A stretch of 64,000 nt of DNA from contig OZ059899.1 of the NCBI GenBank assembly GCA_964057225.1, positions 12,958,001-13,022,000 on the forward strand. Reading direction: 5' to 3'. The stretch comes from Auanema rhodensis. Its lineage: Eukaryota > Animalia > Nematoda. This document shows positions 27,507-39,769 of the stretch, one piece after another; position 1 is the first letter of the stretch, and each line of letters opens with the position of its first letter. The notes under the pieces are model-generated. The model made no database searches and was not told the origin of the DNA. It worked only from the letters and a program-made list of their open reading frames with translations. Position numbers and translations under genes: made by a program.

Positions 27507-28457
27507 GCCACATGAGCCGGCAACAAACGAGCTGCCATGATGCCAACGACGCTGACGATGACAACTAACACTACTAGTGCTTCTTCTACTTCTTCTTCTT
27601 CTTCTTGACCGACGACGTTGCAGCTGCTGTTGCTGTTAGTGTTGTTGCCGTCGTCGGCGACGATGATATGCATGATAAGCTCTGAAATCTACCGGCTGGC
27701 CGGATATCCCTCTATCTATCATGAGAATCTATACTTGCCATCTTTACCGTAATATCTTTCCAGTATTCTATACGACTATACTCGCATTTGAATGGAAATT
27801 TTTGTTTTTTTTCCGTTTTCACCGCCCATCCCCTTGCCATCCCCCTCACATTCATATTATCTATATCTTTTAAATAAATTATTTTTCTTACATATAAACG
27901 ATTATTTTTCCAATTTTTTGACTTTTTTTTGAATGAAAATTAAGCTTTTGAATTAAATTTTATAAATGAAGGAAATATTTAAACAAACAGTCATATATAC
28001 GATGAACTTTTGGCGATGTTTTTAATTAGAATTAGAACAATTACTTGTCATATTTGATAATTAGTTGATGATGATGATGATAATTTAATGTGAAGTTGTT
28101 TAATCTAAATATTATTTTTTAAAATTTAAAAGAGAGAGAGAGAGAGAGGGGGGGGGGAGAGAGAGAGAGAGAGAGGGGGAGTGAGAGAGGAGGGGTTACC
28201 GGACAGGTAGAAGGTGTGAAACAGGAAGACAATTGTTATGATAAGGTATTGTATTTAAAAAGAAAGAGAGAGAGAGAGAGAGAGAGCCAGAGGGAGAAAG
28301 AGAAAATTTAATACAATCTCTAGAGTATTTGAAAAAAATATTAAAATAATTATTAAATTAAAAATAATATTTTAACCCTAAAAAAGACTTTAATATGGTT
28401 GACTAAATATGAAACTCTTTTCTTCCTTGAAAATAAGCTACGAAGAGTCAAGAACAA

Positions 28458-28531
<74 letters not shown>

Positions 28532-28708
28532 TGAAAGTGTTGATGATGTTTCTATTCACTTCTGAATGTTATCATCATCTTTTGTTATATCATTCTTCAT
28601 CGACGTCTTCTTTTCTCTCCCCTTTAGTTTTTTCTTTGAAAAATTTCAAAAATAATATTATTTATCGTATATTAAATTAATATTTAATAGAATAAATTAT
28701 ATTTTAGA

Positions 28709-29355
28709 ATGCAATTAATACAAATTTTTGTATTTACTTCCGTTATTGCTGTTACATCAGCTATTGGATTTTCTCAATCTGTTCAGATTGTTGGTAAACT
28801 TCTGTGTAATGATGAGCCAGCAAAGGATGTGAAGTTGAAGCTCTACGAGAAGGGCGTGGGTAAGGATATGTTTGAAGTTGTAAATTCTGATAAAGCCAAC
28901 TCTATCAACAACCTAAGCATGCTTAACGGAATCATTTCAGTTTTCGATTCATTTATGGCTGAAGATACCACAAACGACAAAGGAGAATTCCGATTAACTG
29001 GAACTGAAACTGAGATTAGTTCAATTGATCCTCAAGTCAATATCTATCATGATTGTGATGATGGCTGGACTGTAAGCTTATGAATCATGCTTTAAACCTC
29101 ATGTTTCAACTTATTTCAGCCATGCCAACGACGAATCAGTATCAAAATTCCAAGTGAATACATCACACACGGAACCGTAGCCAATAAGGTTCGTAATGTT
29201 CTCTCTGTCATGCTCTAAGTTGTGTCAGAATTATGACTTTTAAAGCTTTAAATATGTTTTCATCTATCTTTTTGTTGCAGGTTTTCCAATTAGGAGTAAT
29301 GCAATTGGCCGGTAAATATGCAGGAGAAACACGAGATTGTATTCATCGACATTAA
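28709..29355 (+). CDS. Transthyretin-like protein C (TTR-52 family, 4-Cys type), 4 exons
   Basis: QSVQIVGKLLCNDEPAKDVKLKLYE...GEFRLTGTETEISSIDPQVNIYHDCDDGWT|PCQRRISIKIPSEYI...QLAGKYAGETRDCIHRH*. Confidence 0.95.
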
Positions 29356-30032
29356 GAAAATAATAATTTTATTATATTAATTCATATGTGTATAATTTGT
29401 AAAAATAAATGTATAAATACCATTTTTCTTCTGATTTTTATCCAAAAAAATTCATTTTTCCTCAAATATTAACCGTCGTCTGGATACGTTTTGTCAAATT
29501 GATTTGGTTGTGAAGATAAAAAAAACAAACAATCTAATGATTCGAGTACTGAAATCTGAAAAACTTGTCGTCAATGATGATTCATCATCCAAATTATTGT
29601 CTGAAGTAGCTGAATCATTCCGTAGTTTTCCAGATATCATGATGACAACGTTTATAAATAGCTGATGTCGACGATAAGAAGCTACGGAAATAGGCTGTAC
29701 AGGGGTATTTCCCCTTGTCTCTCTATTTCTTTTCCAAGTTTAACAAGTTTTAAGAAAAAGTACGATCATTGATGTGTTGGTGGGTGACTGAATCATCCTT
29801 TGATTTTTTGCTTAAATTCATTAAATCATCTTTGCTCTAACTATTTGGTTTTTGAATTGTTTAAACAGTTTATTAGAGATTAATATAGTAAAGTATGATT
29901 CATAATTATAAATGAATAAATAATTTTACGAAAGAAAGAAAGAGAGAAGAGATGGATGACTTCCGAATCTGGTCTTTACTTGTCTTCGATTTATCAAGTA
30001 TACCACTGATAGCTCAAGTGAATCTCTCTCTT

Positions 30033-30089
<57 letters not shown>

Positions 30090-30462
30090 GGGTGATCATC
30101 ATCTTCTTCTTCGTCAAACACTTCATGATACAACACAATATCCTTTTCCTATAAAACTATTTAAATTTCAAATAATAAAATGAAATGTAGATGAAAGACA
30201 ATCATGATGACCTTTTGTTTCTTTTCTGATTTCAATGTTTTAGCCCATGGAAGATAACCTGTATAAACAATAATGATTTCTTCCTATCACCTGCTTCATC
30301 GTTTACATCTTCGTCGTCGTCGTCGTCGTTGTCTTCTTCTTCTTCTTCTTCTTCTTCTGTGTCCCACATATTACACAATATTGGCATTGTGTATATATGA
30401 AAAAGAGAAATTTTGACCATATTTGATTGAAAACTCGATTACTTACAATCACTTCTATCTTC

Positions 30463-30501
<39 letters not shown>

Positions 30502-30725
30502 AGTATTTTTTTCTTTTCATCATCGTTTTCACACTCTCATCATCTTTGTCTTCAATTGAAGTTCAATCTCCTGTTCGTATCTACGCAAGCTATGTGGTTG
30601 TTCATAACCGTGCCTGTCATGTGTCTCCATCATTGTATTCAGATTACTTCGTAGATTTCTTACTTCAAGCTCGTTATTTTTCTTTTTCAACATCACATCA
30701 TTCTGATCATTCTGAGAATTTTAGA

Positions 30726-31340
30726 ATGCACGCTGTCCCAGCTCTTCTTGTTGCCATTGCTGTCGTCGTTGTTCCTTCCATTGAAGCTCTCGGACGTGCT
30801 CAATCCGTTGGAGTTAAGGGAAAGCTCATCTGCAATGATAAACCAGCTGCTGATGTTAAGATCAAGATGTATGATGAAGACAAACGTATGTTTCGTTGTG
30901 ATTCATCTATGATTCTTCTATGTATTTGCTTGCAGTCTCCCCAGATGAGCACATGGCTACCGTGAAGACTGATTCCGAAGGAAACTTCATCATCAAGGGA
31001 ACTGCTTCTGAATTCACATCCATTGAACCAAAAATCAATATTTATCACGACTGTAACGATGGAATCAAGGTAAAGTGCCTCTGATATGAAACCGCACAAC
31101 AACGAATGTTTTCAGCCTTGTCAACGTAAGCTCACCATCTACGTCCCAGATTCCTACATCGTCAGTGGAGAAGTAAGTTTTTTTATTTTTCTCGTATATT
31201 AATTTTGTCAACGTGAAAGAATTTAGTATCATGCTAATGCTTTAATATTTCAGGTTGCTACCAAGATTTTCAACTTCGGAGTCTTCCAATTAGCCGGAAA
31301 GTACGAGGGTGAAACCCGTGATTGTCTCCATCGCGTGTAA
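30726..31340 (+). CDS. Transthyretin-like protein D (TTR-52 family, 4-Cys type), 4 exons
   Basis: GRAQSVGVKGKLICNDKPAADVKIKMYDEDK...IEPKINIYHDCNDGIK|PCQRKLTIYVPDSYI...LAGKYEGETRDCLHRV*. Confidence 0.95.
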
Positions 31341-32601
31341 ATTTCTCAATATTAGACGGAATTTTGACAATTTTCTCATATTTCTTGTCAATTATATAAT
31401 ATCATAATCATATATCCTGTATATTATTCTCATCATAGATGCTCATATCACTTTCTTTTTTGAAAAAAAAAACGGAGGAGAAACAGGTTTTCAACAAGAA
31501 AAAAACAAAAAAGTTTCTCTCACCCTCATCACTGTTACTGTGCTGAAAATGTATGCTCAATCCATAAGAAATATAAAAAATTATTTTTAAAAATTAAAAT
31601 AAATATTTTCTTTTTTAATTTTAAATTTCTTTTTATTTTTTATATAATTCATTTAACCTTCAATCTTTATCTTCTTGGAAAGCAGTTGATGAAACACAAC
31701 ACTGACATCATCAGACTACGTATGACGATGATGAAAGATCAAAAAGATTCATAGAAATGGTATGTATTGATATGGAAGAGGTTCAACATTTCAAGGTTTA
31801 CTGAAAAACTTTGCCAACTTAGAGCATGTTAAGCATATCATGAATGCGAAGAAGCATCAACAATTGGTTCCGTCTATACAAAGAAAACGACATTTGAATA
31901 GTTTTTAACGGTTTTTACTTGTCGTTATCACTACAGAAGATAGTTCTAGTGTTGAAATCATCTGAAGGTCTTCTGTTATTGTTGTAAAGCAAAACTGAAG
32001 ACGATTTCGAACTAACAAAAACGATAGAGAGAGAGAGAGAGAGATAAAGAGAGAGAGAGAGAGAGAGAGAAAGGGGGGAGTGAGAAGGATAGAGAGAGAG
32101 AAAGAGATAAATAGAAAAAAAGAAAAGGAGAAATGTATATAGAGAGAGAGACAAAAAAAGGAAGAATAATGCGAGAGTGCAAAGAAAAAAAAGGTCGCGT
32201 CCTCCCTCTGTGTATCATCTTTAACCCCCCACCCTTCTAAAAGAACAGGTTAGTTTGTATATGAAGATGATGCCATTCTATTGTCATTATTATTATTATT
32301 ATCATCATGTCTTGTCTTTTCTTGTTTATTATGTAAAGTCTTTACTATCGACGTTATCTGAACCCTTAAAGTCACTGAATGTCGTTGTCGTCGCTGTCGA
32401 GTTCAGTACTATCCTAATGGCTTCACGACAATTGACGATTTTAGTAGAAGCTCATTCATATTCATGAAATATCAAATCTCCATCTATCTATCTGATATTT
32501 TCTATCAAATTTTCAATTTCTTCTTTCATTTTCTATGTTTTCTCGTCTTTTATTTGGTTTATTTCAACATATTCTCGAACCTTTCAACCTTATTTTTCAG
32601 A

Positions 32602-33219
32602 ATGAAGTTCTTAGTCGTTCTCGCCTTGATTGGATCTGTATCCGCCATTAACCTCATTGGTCGTCGTCAGTCCGCAGCTGTATGTTTCCATCCTCATCTT
32701 TCTCATCATAACTGAATTCATTACCTTACAGGCTACAGGAAAACTGATGTGCGAAGGCAAGCCAGCTTCTGGTGTTACTGTTAAACTCATGGAATCTGAC
32801 AGTAAGTGTTTTACATAAAGAACCAAATGTTTCTTTTGTCTCATACATGTAGTTCAACTATCTTTCAGATTCCATCGGATTCGCTGTCTTTGATACTGAT
32901 GACACCATGGCTACCGGAAAGACTGATTCCAGCGGAAGATTCACTGTTAGCGGATCCACCAAGGAAATTTCTGGTATTGAGCCATACTTGGCCATCTACC
33001 ACGATTGCAAAGACGGACTCGTACGTGATTCTGTTTTCGTTGATTATTTGTCACCGACACGTATTTCAGAAGCCCGGATCTCGTATTGTCCGCATCAACA
33101 TTCCATCATCTTACGCCAATGACGGAGACGTTGCCAAGAAGACTTATGATGCTGGACAATTAGAACTTGCCGGAAAGTTCCCAGGAGAAGGACGCAGTGG
33201 CTTGTTCGGAAGAAAATAA
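32602..33219 (+). CDS. Transthyretin-like protein E (2-Cys type), 4 exons
   Basis: [26 protein letters not shown]|[23 protein letters not shown]...[15 protein letters not shown]|[15 protein letters not shown]...[20 protein letters not shown] tttttcag lies just before the ATG. Confidence 0.95.
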
Positions 33220-33782
33220 AAACTTGAATGTAGACTGTGGACGTTGCTCATGTTCGATCCATAGAAAAAAAAGAAATATATATATTATGAAATATAATTA
33301 ATGGAAAACATTTTCATAAATGAAAAATAAAATATTTTATGTGTAAAGCTGTAATATTGAGTTTTTCAAATGATCGTCTTCTTCTTTCTTGCATCATTAT
33401 GCATAGTAACTTTACAATAATTTGAATAATTATCACGAAATACGATAAAGAAAACAATTTTATACTAATTATATGAAATAAACAACCGTTCTAGTTAAGA
33501 TACAAACATTTAAAATGATAATCTTATATATAACTTTATTAACTTATTTACGTGAAGTTCACGTGGGAAATTACATTATGCAAATAGGTGTACGTGAAAC
33601 ATTTACGTAAACGTCATTATAAAAATATTTAATTATAATTTATAAATTTAATAAAGATATATGTATTCTTAAAATTTTTTTAAGAAAATATTCTTTTACC
33701 CAATGTAAAGCATATATAAGGTATAATGAAACCGTAAACGTAGAAAAACGACTAGCGAAATGACTGTGATTATGAATTCAAA

Positions 33783-36700
33783 TTATACATTATAGAATGG
33801 AGAAGCTGCTGATGTTTGTAATTCTACTTGTGATATCTTGTAACGGACTTTCTTAAGCCATTCTGATATCTGTGGAGCTTCTAGACATGGTTGATTCTCT
33901 CCAGAATCAAGTTTCATTCTATGTATTATTAAATGAATTTACTATATATTAATAGATAATTATACCTTAATTGATTAGGAATTTGGCTGTGATAAGCGGT
34001 AAGTATAGGAGCCCATAAGGAATATAATTGGCACAACAAAGCTGAATTTACCTGGAAAAAAAAACGAATAAAAACTATATAACGTATATCATATATGTTA
34101 AAATACCTGTTGTAAAGCTTGTATAGTATTGAGGAAATGCAGATTCACCATATCAGCCAACTGAAAAGGGTAAGTTGTAATGTCATGCTTGATAAGAAAG
34201 TTCAAAAACTTACAACTTTAGAATGGCTAAGCAATTGAAGTATGGCTGGTGTTACACGAGCCCAAAAATCAAGTAGATGGGCAAAAGCCGTCGTGGAACT
34301 GGGTCTGAAGTGATTTGAACTGCCAGAAACTCGATTATAGTTCTTAGCAAGGATTTACCTGAATACAGCAGCACGCTCACAATACACAGTCCACAGCTGA
34401 CAAAGGTGAAAAGCATGGAATAAGGCAGACATATGAACCACAGATTGCTGAAAATTTCAAATTACAACCTTGGAGCTTAAGCTTGTATGATGTATAAACC
34501 TTAGACTGATCAGCAAAGCCAGCAAGAACGAAATGTATATAATCAGCCATATGCTGTGAGCATTCAATTGGTACAGGAAGGCAACTGTGATTAGCATGTA
34601 GTGCTCCAAGTAACAGCCATGAGAGTACACGAACATTACTGACTGAATCAGCAAATGCTCCAGGTGCAGACTGCAGTTGAAGAAAATTAATGAAGTTGAA
34701 TCAGAACCAATCATACCTGAGTAACACTTGGTGGACTCATTAGCCATGGAATAAAACGTATAACAGTTCGACAATCTCGAGCATTTGATCGACTCATCTC
34801 AACGGCTATAGCTTCAGCCAGTTTACCTTTCAGATCTCCTCCAATAGAGTCAGATGTTGTTTCTTTCTGAAAAAGAATTAAATTATAAAACTACAAGCTA
34901 TAGACGATGAGCAAACCTTCAACTTGGCTAATACATGCAAATCAGCAATGAAATCCAAAATTTCAAATAAAAATGGACGAACAGCCTCAGCAGCTGCTGT
35001 ATTATACTGATCTCCATTGATAAGTATAACATCAATATCTATAACATCTCGTCATATTACTCGATTAGCTTCAGATATCTAACCTTCTCCAGCATCTTGT
35101 AGAATCATATTAGCTATTGTCATATAGTTATCTTCATGCATTAAGCATTTGAACTTGATAGCTTGAATCAATTCCGCAACCACAGCACGAGTAATGCTCT
35201 GCTTATCACGTTCCTATAAAGCATTATTCAACTTATTCTAAAAACATTCTAGAGGTTTACCCGGATTAAAGCTCGATTGCATGCTGTACAAACAGATAGA
35301 AGAGATTCCAATTGTACAGGACTGTGATGCATTGCTTCTGCTAGCCATTTAGCAAAAGCTTCAACCAATGAGACAGCATTCTAAAATAATTTAGAAGGAT
35401 TGTCATCTTGTTTAGAAATTTACCTTGAAAGCACTGAAGTTTTGTACTTTCAATACATGAGATATGACTGTAATAGCACTCTCAATCTCGAATCTTGAAG
35501 GCTTAATAGCATTATCAGTTGCAAGTTGGAACTAAAAGATTAAATTTTTAAGACTAAAACTTGTTGAATATGAATACTTGTGAATGATAACGACGGAAGA
35601 ATGTATCAAGATGTTGAGTAACATTAGTCCAATGATTGATATAAGCATCAGTTGGTACTTCTACTATATAGCTTGCTAAGTTTCTCATTACAGTTGATAG
35701 ACGAGATGGCCATGTTTCCGTTATATCCTTTACAACAAATTGTTTTATTTGAATTCAAGTTATAACATTGAAAGTACCTCAAGTAAGAGTTGTATCAGAT
35801 GTACAGGACTTAATTCCGTGAAATCAGCTAATGATAATGAGATAACAGACCAAAATGGATCATCTTTAGCTAGGTAAGAATCAAATAATTGAAGACAAAT
35901 TCCAGATGATGACAGCTAAAACGATACAAATTTCTCATAAAACTTGAAAACTTTGACTGATTCATCTCACCTGATGTAAGGTTACTCGAAGCATTTGCTT
36001 TGCCACACTACGACAGTTGCCCGGAACAAACATTTCCATACTATGCCATGGATATAATGGACGATTTATCAATCTTTATTATATTATTCATTATAATTAT
36101 TATGATAATTAATTAGAAATGTACCTTGTAACTGTATGAAGGATTCGGAATAAGATTGGAGCTGCCATAGATGGCTCACGATGAAGGAATGTCTCAACGC
36201 TTATCAAACATAACGATATCTGAAATATATTCTTGAGTTATAGCCAGTATATTGAATTAGCTTACGGTCTCTTCATCAAATGATTCTATTGCTTCGTTGC
36301 AATGACCACATCGAAGCTCAACCGGAATAAGTGGTCCGGGTTTTCCTCCACCTTTACGTGTTCCCTTGTTCCGCTTTGATACTTCTCGACTTCGTTTTCG
36401 AGGAATAGCCTTAGTTTCCAATATCATTGGATGTTGACCACAATCTGTCTCATTATGCTCCTAAAAGTATATTCATTTGATTATGAATGTTGATAAGCTT
36501 CCTACTTGTATGGTTGTGACGGTTAAGCTTTCTGGTCTTACCAATCCACTACGATCTTCATCTTCATCTGAATCATTTGCTAAATCATCCCATGTAGCTA
36601 TTTCATTAGCTTGCTCAGATTCTGCACACATATGAGCTTGGCCTGTAAGAAATTTTAAATTATAACTTACTATATGATATAGTAAATTATAATAAAATAC

Positions 36701-39700
36701 CTTGTAATGTTTTGACAACAATATCAATAAGTTTAGTTACACCCTCATTAAATGGAACTTGATCGAAACGATACTAAAACATTTTATAAATTATAATTAG
36801 CATAAATATAAATGTAAAATATGTTAATTTGACGTAAAATACGTGAAAAGCTTTCACGTTTTTGAAATATATTTTCAGATTTTTTGACTTGCGAATCGGT
36901 TGTATTTCAAATTCTAATCTATTATTATAATTCTAATTATTAACTTAACTATACGTATATAGTTAGTAATAATATCTTACTTTATAGAGAATTAGAACAA
37001 GTGAATTCAGCCATAGATGTCTTGAATGTTGGGATAATAGTTTAAGCGAATAATTAGCGACATGTTGATCACTAGCCAATTTTTGTGGAGATGGTAAATG
37101 AATAAGAAGTTGTAACACAACGGGTAACATCTGATTTCCTATAATTATATGTAATAGTAAAGATTTAATAAATCATTTAGAAACCTATCCATAAGTTCAT
37201 GTCTAAGATTTCAGGTAGTCCGCTTAAGAAAGCATTACAAACAGCTGATTTTCTGAAACATTGACGTCAGATCAATGAGATATGTAGCTGTCAACCAACC
37301 TTAATCGAGCTGGAGGTATTGTGAAGCATTTCTCTGTATTACTGTATCCAAGTAATGTATTGAAATGTCGGAAAAGAACTGATTGCTTCTTTGCATTAGC
37401 CTTCTCATCTGTTGGAGTTGAATTTTTGTTGCTAAAAGTTATGGCATGAAAAGCTTAACTATACAGGTTTCTAACCTTAAAAATGTGACAAAGAGTGAAA
37501 TTACTAGATATACTGTATGTCTTTCTGGATTTTCCATATCAACGACACGATTGAAAAGCAAACACATGTTGCTTTCCTCATCAGTAAATTCCCGTAATCT
37601 GCCATAACCACCTAAGATAGAGAGATCCATGATGTTGAAAGAAGTGTAAGTGCTGAGGCATGTTGTAACAACATATGAACTATGTGTTTATGTTTACATA
37701 TAACTATTTGTTTTTGTTTATTTTTGCTTCATTTTCTGTCAATTTTTTGAGATTTTCTTCTCTTTTTGAACTTTTTTTACGCTTTTTGCAGCATTATCCT
37801 TATGCGAGCATAGAAGAAAGAAAAGGAAAAATAGATGAAAATCACACGAAAGAAGTAAATGAAGTGTAGGTAGTAGTTACAGTAATCACAATACAAGTTA
37901 TATTATACATTGGATGCAGATAGTTTTAGAAATTTGATTGAAAATAACAAAAGCAGCTGAGAATTAGAGGCAAAAGATGTGAAAATATATGTAATAAGTT
38001 AGAAAAAGTTGAAGAAAAACACGAAGCATACCAGAAGAATAAGCAGGACTAGTTAGGCTGTTGGTCTCCGAACCTTGTTGCGTTTGTTGAGAATCCACTG
38101 CAAGAACGATAATGTTTGAAAATGAAATGAATGACAGTCAATGGAGGCTTCAAAGAAAAAAACAGAAGATGTACAATAGTGAAAAGAAGAGAGGTGGACA
38201 GTCAATTGAACGGAAATGAACATATACATGAAACATGGCTGAGAAGCTGCTGCTGCTACTAACAGGCTGTAAAACAAAACACAAATGCTTGTATTAATGT
38301 GATAAGTTGTTTCAGTAATACGTATGCATATGCAGCTTCTACAGCTTAATCATATTGATTGTATATCGAAGCTATCTAGTCTAATCATTTGTCATGAGAA
38401 AGCTGACAGAGACTATTGTCAGCAATTGAAGATAGAAGAGGAAAATACGAGAAGTAGTAAAGATATAGAGGCGTCAACAAGCAGAGACATTGGAAGAACA
38501 CAAGATGCAACTTGCGACTAATGTTGCAGCATGGAAAGGACGTGCAAACTTATGGGGAAAATGGGAATGGAGGCAAACCAAATCAATTTCAAGCTCTCTG
38601 TTAGGTGCATAAACAGAAGACATATGCACTGGTGACATGCTATTGAGAACATAAACGGTGATTTCGAGGCTGGTACAGCGTATGTACATGTGCTGGTGCT
38701 CTGTGTGCGTTTAATAAACTAAGTGATCAGTCAGAGAGGCGATCACGTACGCTTTAATTGAAGTCCAGCTGATGACATTGGCTGTGGAGACGATGGAGGA
38801 TTGTGATGAGACGAATCTTTGTGATGATGATGGTGATGATGATGATGCTGTTGATTATGATGATGATGATGATGATGATGATGATGGTGTGAATGCTGTG
38901 GTGAGGTATGATTATGGTGATGAATCGTGACGAGTGAGCTGGATGAGCTGGCAATCAGAGAAACTATAGAAGCGGCACCAAACGTCAAATGAGCTGCCAT
39001 ATGTCTCCAACGATTCACCACCCTAACCATTGTGATAACTTTCAGAATCTTAACACGGCAAGAGAGGGCAGCTTCTGACAGACGGCCACGCTTCCGCCAA
39101 CGAGGCATACATATAGCTTGAGTGTTATCCGAAGTAAAGCCAGGATCTCCAAATAAGGTATCATTCATAAAGATCATAAGAGTATAGTTTGGAAAATAAA
39201 GGTTCAAAGAGTGAAAGCAACAACTAGGAAAAGAATCAAAGAAAGTACATGAAGATCGAAGAGATCTATCAACGGAAAGTTACCAAAATCCCGGAAACGA
39301 AACCCAAAAAAGAGTATAGAAGGACATAGACAGAAGGAAGTTAGGATTTATCACTCAGAACAGTTGAACCAGTAGTTATGACGTTTACAGTAAAAGACAT
39401 GATACAGCAGTTTCAGAAATAAAGGAAACACACACAAGCACACAGAGCTTTTTTGAGTTGAAAACTTCAAAATGCATTTCTGGCTTATAAGGTTATCTGA
39501 AGAGAAAATAGATTTTGAGAATAAGCTGACGAGTTAAAGAACAATGAAACGTAAAAGCTGTGTGTATGTGTGTTGAAATAGAAAAGCAGAGATTTAGAGC
39601 AGACCAATGTTGAGTTTTGTAGCGAAATATAGGATAAAGCATGGAATGAAGATTAGAAGTAAAAGTTAAGAAAGAGAGAATGTAAGATTGAGAAAGAGAG

Positions 39701-39716
39701 GGAGAGGGAGAGAGAG

Positions 39717-39769
<53 letters not shown>

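Noticed and set aside
32602-33219. TTR E lacking the third and fourth cysteines
   Set aside because: The 2-Cys 'PG' type is a common TTR variant, so this is not pseudogenisation.
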